Shown: positions 16,472 through 25,454 of the stretch, piece after piece | How the letters are laid out: each line of letters begins with the position of its first letter | Numbering within the stretch: position 1 is the stretch's first letter | NCBI GenBank assembly: GCA_026394315.1 | Contig: JAPKYM010000213.1 | Location: forward strand, 1 to 43,254 | Direction: 5' to 3' | Length of the DNA: 43,254 bases | From: Candidatus Bathyarchaeota archaeon | GTDB taxonomy: Archaea; Thermoproteota; Bathyarchaeia; 40CM-2-53-6; RBG-13-38-9 | The notes under the pieces: model-generated | What the model was told of the DNA's origin: nothing | The model's input: the letters and a program-made list of their open reading frames with translations, nothing else | The model's database searches: none | Made by a program: the position numbers and the translations under genes

Positions 16472-18822
16472 CTTGATTTCCTCGTCCCGATCATCCTAGG
16501 GAGAAGGGTCGGATCGGGGATGGTGCTTTCTTTCCAGCCTTTATTCTCTAAGATCTTGACTATCTCTTCCTTCATTGTGATCGGGATATCGGTCTCTCTG
16601 CGTACGAGTTGGTGAAGATCATCAGGCATGACTCCGTAGAATTTCTTTTGCATGTCTATGTAATTGGTGAGCTTTATCATACGTCCTTTGCTCGTGTCAT
16701 TGGGTCTCAAACATAGCTTAGCCATCATGACCATTGCCTCTTGCTTTGTCTCTGCCACACAGAATAGATGTTCAGGTGTAGGTCCGACGTTAACTAGACC
16801 GCCGGTACGGGCATCGTAGACGTTCCAGTCATCCTTGATGTCGCTTCTTCCCAGAAGCATTCGCCGATACTTGGATCCATGTGGCCCTACAACAACTGGA
16901 ACCCCTAAACGCCAGAAACCGCTCGCTATGGCTGCTGCTTTTTGTGTTATGGCGCCCCAAGCTAAACCTACAGCACCTACACGGTTGTGAATGTAGTCTG
17001 CTATCTCTTCGTAGTTTGCTCTCAGGGGTCTCTTTGCAAAAATGTTAGCTATCTTAATGGCAGCTCCCGCAATGTGAGCGTTGGAAACGCATGAACCGAC
17101 ATTGACCAAACCTCCAGCTTCAAATGCACCTGGGTAGAGCTCGTATGGAGACTTACCTTCTTCATTCTTCGTCATGGCTATTGACATGGCAGAGCATCCG
17201 GAGGACACCACGATGTATCGGCGTCTTGTGAACTCAGCAGCCATCTCAGCAACTTCCGCTCCTCCATTGGGATAGTTTGCACATCCGACCAGCGCGATCA
17301 CTCCTGGGATTTCACCGAGCACTATGGGAGCGCCGACATTTCGTATTTCTATGTCCTGTATTGCACCTCTTCCAACTCTAATCTTGTATTTCTCTTCCTT
17401 AATCTTCTTCTCAGCTGCTCCTGTAATGAGACTGTGTACACGTATGTGATTCTTGCATGCGCTCTCGCACCGGTCGCAACCGATGCAGACCTCATACAGG
17501 TCTGCAAGTTTGTTTGTGTTGCCGGTGGCTGCCTTGCTAACCGCTTCAGGGATTTGGAGATCGTTGGGACAGGCGCGTCTGCAATCGCTACATTGAGTGC
17601 ATCTCTTTGCCTCTTTCACTATCTCAGCAATACTTGGAAGAACTTTGAATTTGGCTCTCTTTGGAGCTAATTCAACTGCAACTCTGGCGGCAACTTCTCC
17701 GACTTTCTCTGGGTCGAGTATAACTGCTCCCTTTGTACTGCCGCTGACTAGGTCGGCAACAATCTCAGTAGCTGGATCCAAGGTTCTGTTCTTAAGTCCG
17801 AGACAATTCTTTTCTGAGGAAGCGATAACTGGGGTTTTGACTTTCTGAGCTTCTGCCAGTACGTCAGCTCGAATGCATTGCTCGTCGACGACTATGACAT
17901 CTGGTACGCCGCTTCTTATGTATCTCAGTTGCCAAGATATTGGTCCTATGATCTTTGCCTTTGGATTGTACCTAATGAGGTCGTGGGCAGTGCAACAGAT
18001 ACCTGTTATCTCAACCTTGTCGTAGAGGCTTTTCTTGTCAAGGTAGTCCATAATTTCAGCTGCAGGTGGAACGTTATGCCCAATCACCAAGATGACTGGC
18101 TTTGATACGTCAACGGTTCCTAGACCTATTTCGGCCAATGGTGCCTCAGGATCGGCTTTAGGATAACCTAAAGCCGAGAGCTGTGCAATGTCAGCAACTT
18201 CCATACCAACTTGATCGATCATTCCTGCGTGAAATGCTTTGGATTCGAAGTCTAGCTCGTTACCCTCTTGCCCTGTGTGGGTCGCTGCCAAGAGTTGAGT
18301 GATCTGAGTTTCAAGATAGCACAGAACATCTTCCAAATCTCCCAGTGTCCTCGGCCTGATCCCACAGACTAACCTTGTGACTGGCGCCTCAACTTCTATG
18401 CCCACGGATTTCCCCACGTCTATCGGAAGAGTTGAACCGTACTTCTGTATCAGGTGTTCAATTAAGTGCCTGGCGTGGCCCGTGTGTGTCGCAGCACCTA
18501 TGCAGCAGGCCAGCAAGACTATTCTTGATTGCTGAGCAGCCATGTCCAGCCCGCATGCGCCTCTCTTTCCTTGGGTCAAGTCGCATTTGCCCATGGTGCA
18601 CAGGCAGCAAGAATCACAGTAGGGGAGATACATCGGCTTGTACTTGCTGAGGAGTTTCATATCCCATTCTCTGAGCGTCGTCACACTAGGATATGGAGTT
18701 GGGCCCATAGGTTCGGCCCACCCTTCCTCAATGATCTTGCCTATAGATAACTCCAAGCCTTTGACTTCAGTGAGCCCACTCTTGAGCTCTTCCAGTTTCA
18801 GATGAATATCCTTCTTAGGCAT
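16468..18822 (-). CDS. cdhA: CO dehydrogenase/acetyl-CoA synthase complex, alpha subunit (Ni-Fe CODH catalytic subunit)
   Basis: 784 aa. The N-terminal Cys cluster (YLPYCDSCCLCTMGKCDL..GACGLD) and the inserted 2x[4Fe-4S] ferredoxin motifs (CTQCSDCRRACP, CIGCDRCESAC) are characteristic of archaeal CdhA. Confidence 0.9.
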   Translation of the reverse strand: MPKKDIHLKLEELKSGLTEVKGLELSIGKIIEEGWAEPMGPTPYPSVTTLREWDMKLLSKYKPMYLPYCDSCCLCTMGKCDLTQGKRGACGLDMAAQQSRIVLLACCIGAATHTGHARHLIEHLIQKYGSTLPIDVGKSVGIEVEAPVTRLVCGIRPRTLGDLEDVLCYLETQITQLLAATHTGQEGNELDFESKAFHAGMIDQVGMEVADIAQLSALGYPKADPEAPLAEIGLGTVDVSKPVILVIGHNVPPAAEIMDYLDKKSLYDKVEITGICCTAHDLIRYNPKAKIIGPISWQLRYIRSGVPDVIVVDEQCIRADVLAEAQKVKTPVIASSEKNCLGLKNRTLDPATEIVADLVSGSTKGAVILDPEKVGEVAARVAVELAPKRAKFKVLPSIAEIVKEAKRCTQCSDCRRACPNDLQIPEAVSKAATGNTNKLADLYEVCIGCDRCESACKNHIRVHSLITGAAEKKIKEEKYKIRVGRGAIQDIEIRNVGAPIVLGEIPGVIALVGCANYPNGGAEVAEMAAEFTRRRYIVVSSGCSAMSIAMTKNEEGKSPYELYPGAFEAGGLVNVGSCVSNAHIAGAAIKIANIFAKRPLRANYEEIADYIHNRVGAVGLAWGAITQKAAAIASGFWRLGVPVVVGPHGSKYRRMLLGRSDIKDDWNVYDARTGGLVNVGPTPEHLFCVAETKQEAMVMMAKLCLRPNDTSKGRMIKLTNYIDMQKKFYGVMPDDLHQLVRRETDIPITMKEEIVKILENKGWKESTIPDPTLLPRMIGTRKSR

Positions 18823-19635
18823 AATATTGGCCCACTTTACATCTTTTCATTTCGGGAACGCAAGGTATATGCAGCCCAACAAATCATCAGTTCAGCCTTG
18901 AATTTTTGCTCAGATAAGTTGAGCTGACTAAGACTTAAACTGTTCTTAGCAGTCCAATAGTTGCAGACTATCACTCGAACATCTGCTTGTCCCTAAGCCT
19001 GAAAAGTACTCGAAGAAGGCTGCCTACAGGCAACCTGCTTCACAAGATTGATAAGATATGGAACGCATATCTTACTGTGACAGGATAAAGCTACACTGGG
19101 AGGAGAAGTAATGGGCAAACCAAAACAAGTGAAGAAACTCAAGAAGAAGAAGTAGCTTACATGATCCTGTCTGTAGGCCAATCAAAGCGGATGATTATCC
19201 TGAAGGCTCGAAAAGCTGTTTCTAGCTGCTCACATGCCTCTGGAGGCGCACGCTCCCAATTCACTTGCTAACGACTAAATGTCCTGTGTAGTGATTCTTG
19301 CCTAGCTCTTTGAGCGGGTAACTGTCTCTCGTTTCCTCTTTCCAAGCGTCCGTTCAAACTCCTGCATCAAATCCCAAGTTATCTGGTCAAATAGCTCCTT
19401 GCACAATGGGCACATGTCCTGGCTTCTATTGATTATGTTGGTCAATATATCCAACTGTTCCCGTCCCATAGTATTGATCCCTCTTCTCCTAGTCAGATGT
19501 CTGATCTAGCCATATCATCTCAACTATTTAATGGAATTGTCTGCTCAAGCGCGAGTATTGGCATCTCGTTGCATAGTTTATCATGAGGAATAGCTGAGGG
19601 AAAGATTCAAAATATTATTCGAGATCATAATATTG

Positions 19636-20046
19636 ATGAAACGTAGATTTCTGACAGTTATTTGTATCATAACTTGGAATGATCTTATACTTCTTCTGAA
19701 ACGCAGTAGTAAAGTCAACGTTAACCGTGGACTCTGGTGTGGAGTAGCTGGTAGAATAGAAGAGGGCATGAGTCCTCAAGACACCGCTTATAGAGAGATC
19801 TTGGAGGAAACTAGACTTCGAAGAACGGAGATAGAGCTTCTGGGGTCGGCGTCACCTATACTACTTCAAATTGACATACAAAATCAGGAGTTAGTATATC
19901 CGTTCCTTTTCAAGACATACAATCCTGACATAAAGCTTGACTGGGAACATACCGAATACAAGTGGATAAAACCAGAAATGCTATATGAGTTCGAAACAGT
20001 TCCGCAGTTAGGAGATATCATAAGGGCTTTGTCACGGTTCATGTAG
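19636..20046 (+). CDS. NUDIX-family hydrolase (Nudix box partly degenerate)
   Basis: AGRIEEGMSPQDTAYREILEETRL aligns to GGxvExGEsxxeAaxRElxEEtGl. It keeps REILEE but has M and R at two consensus positions. ATG 19636 is preferred over TTG 19633. An A/T box (aaaatattatt) about 20 nt upstream suggests a near-leaderless mRNA. Confidence 0.75.
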   Translation: MKRRFLTVICIITWNDLILLLKRSSKVNVNRGLWCGVAGRIEEGMSPQDTAYREILEETRLRRTEIELLGSASPILLQIDIQNQELVYPFLFKTYNPDIKLDWEHTEYKWIKPEMLYEFETVPQLGDIIRALSRFM

Positions 20047-20182
20047 AGAGTTGATATTGCTATTGTTCTGCATTCACAATTACCCCTCACGAACGTAACG
20101 GAGGGAACAATTCTAGAACTGATAATATATACCTAGCATGTCAAATAGAAGTGAATAGTCTTTTCGCTCTTTCTAATAGCCC

Positions 20183-21103
20183 ATGGTTGTGATCAAAGTG
20201 GCACGTATTCACATCAGGAACGTCAAGTTGAGACATCCATCAAAGACGGGACGAAAACGGAGAACTCTAAGAAAGAAATATAAGAGTCAAACCGAGAACG
20301 CGAAGATTCTTTCCAGACTCGAGACTTTGGCCTTGGAAGTGCAGAGTCTCAAAAGTGAGATCGCTGTTTTGCAATCTAGTTCGAAAGAACTGTTCGATAT
20401 TGATCAGTCCTTTGGAGCACATCTCGCTGACGTTAGAGACTACTTTGAGAGGAAGATCCGAGACGTTACGGACAATGCTGAAGACCTTTGCTCAAAAATC
20501 GAAGAAATGCAAACGACTCTTGACAGACTGGCAAGAGACCTTGACAAGTTGTTTGAAAGCCCTATTCCAGTAAGAAAGATCGCAATGCTTCCACCAATCA
20601 CTTCTCAATTGACTATCTACAGAGGTGAAGAAAACCTATCATTTCAGGTGGGAGTAATCCCTGGAATCATTGAGACGGTTATGGAACGTGCAAGAGCGTG
20701 TGTAGGCCAGAAGGATAAGCATGATGAAGAGATTGTTGGGGTATTGACTGGTCGAGTCACAGGTAACACAGTGATCATTGAAGAAGCTGTTCCAGGAAGA
20801 GCATCATATTCAGGAATGACCGAGGTAGCCCTAGACCCCAACAATCTAGCAGAAATAGTCGATAATATTATCAGGAACGACAAGAATCAGCGGATCGTTG
20901 GATGGTACCACTCACATCTAGGTTTGGGCGTCTTTCTCTCAGATATTGACGTCAAGACACAGTTGACTTTGCAGCAATTCTCATATGTTATCGCACTAGT
21001 TGTAGATCCGATAAAAAATGAGCATTCCTTCTTCTATGTCGATAAGGAAGTGAAGGAGCCTGATGGAAGACCGAAGACTATCAAATTTGTCAAATCAGAA
21101 TAA
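20183..21103 (+). CDS. JAB1/MPN/Mov34 (JAMM) metalloprotease with a ~130-aa basic and coiled-coil N-terminal extension
   Basis: Complete JAMM motif: EEIVGVLTG ... WYHSHLGLGVFLSDID (E, HxH-x7-S-x2-D). The N-terminus is Lys/Arg-rich, followed by heptad-like LSRLETLALEVQSLKSEIAVLQ. Confidence 0.8.
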   Translation: MVVIKVARIHIRNVKLRHPSKTGRKRRTLRKKYKSQTENAKILSRLETLALEVQSLKSEIAVLQSSSKELFDIDQSFGAHLADVRDYFERKIRDVTDNAEDLCSKIEEMQTTLDRLARDLDKLFESPIPVRKIAMLPPITSQLTIYRGEENLSFQVGVIPGIIETVMERARACVGQKDKHDEEIVGVLTGRVTGNTVIIEEAVPGRASYSGMTEVALDPNNLAEIVDNIIRNDKNQRIVGWYHSHLGLGVFLSDIDVKTQLTLQQFSYVIALVVDPIKNEHSFFYVDKEVKEPDGRPKTIKFVKSE

Positions 21104-21178
21104 ATTAGGCTAGAGCTTGACAAATGGTCTCAATAACTAGGAATATTCCGGGCGTTTACACATATAGTTGAGCCTTAG

Positions 21179-21619
21179 TTGTCAGAGATGTTTCATACAA
21201 ACCGTCAGTCTTTTGCAAGGGCTGCTGTAGCGATCGTATATTTATCATGCCTGGTCTTGTTCGCGATCTACACCGCAATACCATGGCTGCTCCCTTTTGG
21301 ATCTGGAGCCAAAGCCACAAGTCTGCGATTAGTTGCGGCCAAGTCGCATGCAACCTTAGGCGAGAACATACAGATAACCATAGTATCAGTCAGTGATGAT
21401 GGTAAACTGGATACAGAAAGAGATGATCTCGTTGAGCTATCCACTAACTCCGATAGCAGAGCACGATTAAGCCATAGCAGAATAACTCTTGCAAGAGGGA
21501 AGGCGGAGATAACGCTAGTAGATAATTTTGAGGAACCTGTTGTAGTGACTGTAAGGTGGGTAAGTGGGAAAACGATCTTGCGCGGTGACTCGGTTCTTAT
21601 AAGGATCTCAGGAAGGTAA
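21179..21619 (+). CDS. hypothetical membrane-anchored protein with an Ig-like (Big-type) beta domain
   Basis: 146 aa. Has a TM segment (AVAIVYLSCLVLFAIYTAIPWLL), then a ..GENIQITIVSVSDDGKLD...GKAEITLVDNFEEPVVVTV.. pattern reminiscent of bacterial Ig-like domains. Weak call. Confidence 0.45.
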   Translation: MSEMFHTNRQSFARAAVAIVYLSCLVLFAIYTAIPWLLPFGSGAKATSLRLVAAKSHATLGENIQITIVSVSDDGKLDTERDDLVELSTNSDSRARLSHSRITLARGKAEITLVDNFEEPVVVTVRWVSGKTILRGDSVLIRISGR

Positions 21620-21628
21620 AACTAGCCG

Positions 21629-22827
21629 TTGGTCCAGAGAAGATTCACTTCCTTTCACTTGGCCATAGGCGTGGCAATTGGTATTTTTGTATTCTGCATT
21701 TACTCTCGTCCCTACTTGATGTTAGGGTTGATCTTCGGAGCGGGACTAGGGATCTCAAGTTATACGTTGTTGGGGACTTGGAAGATCCATAAGTTCAGGA
21801 CGCGACTAATTACAGCTCTAACGTTTGTCACTTGGATTGGAGCCTTCAGTCTGCTTATTCAGATGAATCCAGACTCATTCATGAGGTATTTGACAAGTCA
21901 TTTGAACGCTTACGAGTTGAGGATGTTCTCTTCTGAGTTTGTGCATGTCCCCTTCGTCAGACAGCTTCCCAATACCCTAGGTTCAACTATTCTGATGCAG
22001 CTATCTCTTCCATGGGCTGAAATCACAGTTCCGCACCCAGTTGAGCGACTTCTCTTTCTGATGGTACCTTTCCATTATCCTCCTATAACCCTAGGGATGT
22101 TCATCTTTGTCCTTCTTCCCCACTTGGTTTTGGTTCTTTTGTTTGGCAGAGATGGTGTGGCTGGGTTTGTTACTTCGGCAACCAGACTGAAGCTATTGCC
22201 ACAAGGGGAAAAGATCGGTGGAGGCTTCAGAGATTCAGAGACAAGTTTAGAACAAATGATGGAAGAATTCTCATTGATGGTGTTAAGAAAGAAGTCAGGT
22301 ACATCAAATATCTATTCATGGTGTTGCTTCTTCTTCCAAGTTTTCTTCTTGGGATAAACACAATCTGCACATTAGGCTTCATTTTTAGATTTCAATACCC
22401 CTTTAGTGCGCTACTCATATTCCTGATGTTGTTTTTCACAGGCATAGTCCTGCCGCTGAAAACTCGTAAGAGGTGGTGGTGTCTTCTCTGTCCAGCTGGT
22501 GCAGGAATTGCTCTTGTGGAATCAATAACACCTTTCAAGATCAGTGTAGACGCATCCAACTGCGACAGATGTTATTCCTGTTCTAACGTATGTCCAATGC
22601 ATGCAATCTCGCCCCAGACGTTCAGCATGAAAAGGGAACCTAACCTAGATTGTGTCAAGTGTTTCCGATGTATAGAGGCTTGTCCACAGGGCGCTGTTGA
22701 TGTGTATATAAGAGGAACAAGAAGACGCGTCCGCGGACTATTCACATCACTCATGGTGGCAGCTACAGCGTCATGGTATGTCTGGTTTGCAGTCTCTTCT
22801 ATTGAGTTGTTCAAGATTGTCTTCTGA
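21629..22827 (+). pseudogene. NapH/MauN-like polytopic 4Fe-4S-binding membrane protein, interrupted by a frameshift near 22151
   Basis: ORF 21629-22357 reads ...LVLVLLFGR, then drifts out of frame. The frame of ORF 22318-22827 is open from 22045 with no start codon. It reads WCGWVCYFG right after the FGR codons, then RKRWWCLLCPAGAG, then two ferredoxin motifs (CDRCYSCSNVCP, CVKCFRCIEACP). This is the repeated R-x-WC-x2-CP-x-G plus 2x[4Fe-4S] architecture of COG0348-type proteins. Confidence 0.7.
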
Positions 22828-22924
22828 TATTTTACTGATTGACTTGGGAGTACTCACGAGCTACTCATTACCGAGTATGGACTTTTATGTTGCGAAATAG
22901 GCTAGTCATTAGCGGTGATTTCCA

Positions 22925-23410
22925 TTGATAGACTGGATTAGGAACCCGATGATTGCCGCCATCCTAATAGCAGCAGTAAATTCGATCAGTTTCATCCTTA
23001 TCGCACCCTATGCACCTTCTGCTACAGCTGGGGTTGCGCTATTACTTCCCGTATTCATTTTTTCGGACATCTCAAGGCTAAGTCCAATTCTCTATGGTTA
23101 TCTCACAGGATCCGCTTGGAAGGTGTTCCTGATCTCAGGGATGTGGGGCCTTGGGACAGTAGTTGGGTCTTTAGTATCTTCCCTAGCAAGTGGAAGTTTC
23201 AGGATAAGGAAACCCCGCCGGATTGATGTCGCTAGATCTTTCTTTGGTGGACTCCTCATGGGTGTAGGTGTCTCATTAGCTCATGGCTGCAACTTACTTC
23301 ATTCACTCGGCGGTACTCCCTTGTTGGTACCTGCAAGTATTCTAGTGACAATCTCCATTCTGATAGGCGCCTACGTTTGTTTGAAGCTGATACTGAAGTT
23401 TGGAGTTTAA
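22925..23410 (+). CDS. YeeE/YedE-family sulfur-compound transport protein (half-size)
   Basis: 161 aa, polytopic, with the family motif ..FFGGLLMGVGVSLAHGCN... Start is TTG 22925 or ATG 22949. Confidence 0.7.
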   Translation: MIDWIRNPMIAAILIAAVNSISFILIAPYAPSATAGVALLLPVFIFSDISRLSPILYGYLTGSAWKVFLISGMWGLGTVVGSLVSSLASGSFRIRKPRRIDVARSFFGGLLMGVGVSLAHGCNLLHSLGGTPLLVPASILVTISILIGAYVCLKLILKFGV

Positions 23411-23428
23411 GCTTAGAGTTGGTGTCTG

Positions 23429-24496
23429 ATGGACTTCACGATTGTGCTTCTGATCGCTTTTGTTACAGGGGTGATTCTTGGTTTCCTCTTTCAAAAGGGC
23501 CAGTTCTGCATGACTTTGATGCTCACTGAGTCTGTAATCTTCAAGAACCATAAGAGAATAGCCGGGTTTGTAGGCGCAATCTTGGTCTCTGTGGTCCTTT
23601 TCAATGTTGCAGCCTTTCTTGGAGTCACTGACAACTTCAATCTACTAAGACAAGTTGGAGTCAATCCGAAGTTCTTTCAGGCACCTCTAGCCATTGATAG
23701 AAGCTTGATTGGAGGCCTAATCTTCGGTTTTGGAATGATTCTTGCAGGTGGTTGTGTTGCCGGAGTACTGTTCAGAATAGGTGAGGGACAGTTAAGTTCC
23801 GTGATCGCTTTCTTCGGCATCATGGCTGGCTTTGCTACTGCAATCGCCCTCGAGATTGTAGGTGTTATCGGCCTCGAAGCAAGCCTGTATCCGCCAGGAG
23901 TTCTGCTCTCACAGATACTACAGGTTCCAGTCATTCCTCTGGTGACTTTGACTGCAGTATTTCTCCTGGCTCTGTTGCTGGCTCTACTTAGGAATGCGCG
24001 TTCAAGAGTCTTCCTTGCTATTCTATTGATTTTCTTCCTCGCAATAGTACTCTTGTACCACTCTGAACGACAGTCAATACAATCAATAGCTCCGCCAGTT
24101 GAACTAAACGAAAAGCAAGTCGAAATAAATCGATTCATAAGCTCGTTCCATGTTGCCGTCAGCAATCGCTCGACCGCGAAAATTGTCCCATTCTTTACCG
24201 ACGACGCTTTAATGGTTCTTCCAGACGGCAGGCTAATCAGGAATGTCACCATGATCAAGAGCTATTATGAGAAAGAAATTGTGCTATACCACCAGTATAT
24301 CATCTACGGTAAGGTTTCTAGCATAGAGGTAGCGGATAACAAAGCCACAGCGGTTTACAATTCAGGTCTAAGGTCATGGTCGCTTGGTGCTACCCAACCT
24401 CCTTACATTCCTTACCGCGAGACTTTTACTTTGATTCGTATTGCTGATGCGTGGAAAATAGAAAGCCTAGTGTTAAATGCCAGAAGGTCAGAATAG
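23429..24496 (+). CDS. YeeE/YedE-family sulfur-compound transport protein fused to a C-terminal soluble (NTF2/SnoaL-like?) domain
   Basis: 355 aa. Contains ..LIGGLIFGFGMILAGGCVAGVLFRIGEG.. plus several TM helices. The last ~120 aa are soluble (..FHVAVSNRSTAKIVPFFTDDALMVLPDG...AWKIESLVL), with an NTF2-like alternating pattern by eye only. Confidence 0.65.
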   Translation: MDFTIVLLIAFVTGVILGFLFQKGQFCMTLMLTESVIFKNHKRIAGFVGAILVSVVLFNVAAFLGVTDNFNLLRQVGVNPKFFQAPLAIDRSLIGGLIFGFGMILAGGCVAGVLFRIGEGQLSSVIAFFGIMAGFATAIALEIVGVIGLEASLYPPGVLLSQILQVPVIPLVTLTAVFLLALLLALLRNARSRVFLAILLIFFLAIVLLYHSERQSIQSIAPPVELNEKQVEINRFISSFHVAVSNRSTAKIVPFFTDDALMVLPDGRLIRNVTMIKSYYEKEIVLYHQYIIYGKVSSIEVADNKATAVYNSGLRSWSLGATQPPYIPYRETFTLIRIADAWKIESLVLNARRSE

Positions 24497-24509
24497 AGAG
24501 GGTCAATCG

Positions 24510-24908
24510 ATGCCCAGGAGAATGCTAGTTTGGGGACTGCTTGCTGCACTTCTTGTTACAGTGGGCGTCTCCTTGGCAGTACTTGCTCCACCTAAGATTG
24601 AGCCGCGACGGACTGAGCAAGCTGAGGTGAAGTTCCTCTTCTCTGGTGACTCTGGAAAAATTACACAACCATTTCACATACCAACAAACAAATGGCGAAT
24701 CTCTTACGCCGTCCAAGCCTCAGACAACTCTTTCTTCAAATTCGTTGTCTACCACAATGGATCTGGTCTTCCACTGACTGAGATTCCAGATCTATATACT
24801 ACTGAGAGCAGTTATGTCGATGTTAACAGCGGACCTGGAGATTACTATCTCGTCATAACATCCTCACTAGCGCGATGGGAAATCACGGTAACTTCGATAT
24901 CTGATTAA
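24510..24908 (+). CDS. hypothetical membrane-anchored/secreted beta-rich protein
   Basis: The ATG at 24510 is preceded by gagaggg. Has a signal/anchor segment MLVWGLLAALLVTVGVSLAVLA. No family recognised. Confidence 0.5.
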   Translation: MPRRMLVWGLLAALLVTVGVSLAVLAPPKIEPRRTEQAEVKFLFSGDSGKITQPFHIPTNKWRISYAVQASDNSFFKFVVYHNGSGLPLTEIPDLYTTESSYVDVNSGPGDYYLVITSSLARWEITVTSISD

Positions 24909-24923
24909 AGGAGTAAGACAATC

Positions 24924-25205
24924 TTGAAAGAGCCCGCCACCAGAGGACACTCGTTGGACGTCAAAGGTACATGCTGCCCCTATCCACAACTCAAAACGAA
25001 AGTTACTCTTGACAAGATGAATCCTGGTGAGATATTAGAAGTACTAACTGACGATCGAACAACTGCAGACAACATCTGTCTGGCTGTGAAGCAACTCGGA
25101 GACATCGTTCTAGATGTTAAGGAGAGAGAAAGAGAATTTGTTGTTTCCATTGAGAGATCGGTACGTGGCCATATATCCGCCTTGAAAATGGACCTTGCCA
25201 AATAA
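24924..25205 (+). CDS. tusA: TusA/YeeD/SirA-family sulfurtransferase
   Basis: 93 aa. LDVKGTCCPYPQLKTKVTLDKMNPGEILEVLTDD matches the TusA motif (lD..G..CP.P.l......l..G..l.v..dd). TTG start, preceded by AAGGAG. Confidence 0.75.
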   Translation: MKEPATRGHSLDVKGTCCPYPQLKTKVTLDKMNPGEILEVLTDDRTTADNICLAVKQLGDIVLDVKEREREFVVSIERSVRGHISALKMDLAK

Positions 25206-25454
25206 GCCCCAAATGACAAGCCATCTCGAATTTCCTAAGGCGCGCCCTGAAGTAGTATAACTAAACATATCGTATTAGACGAGCTCCTTTACCAAACCAC
25301 TGTGGGAAGTCTTTGGGATGATTGAGAGAAAACACAAATTCGAGACTTTGAGCGCGCGCTACCTTGGCCTCATGTTCCTCTCACTCATTTTTGGTATCCG
25401 AGGAGTCTTCTGAATCACGTTATATATACTACATAACAAAGTAGTACTATTATT

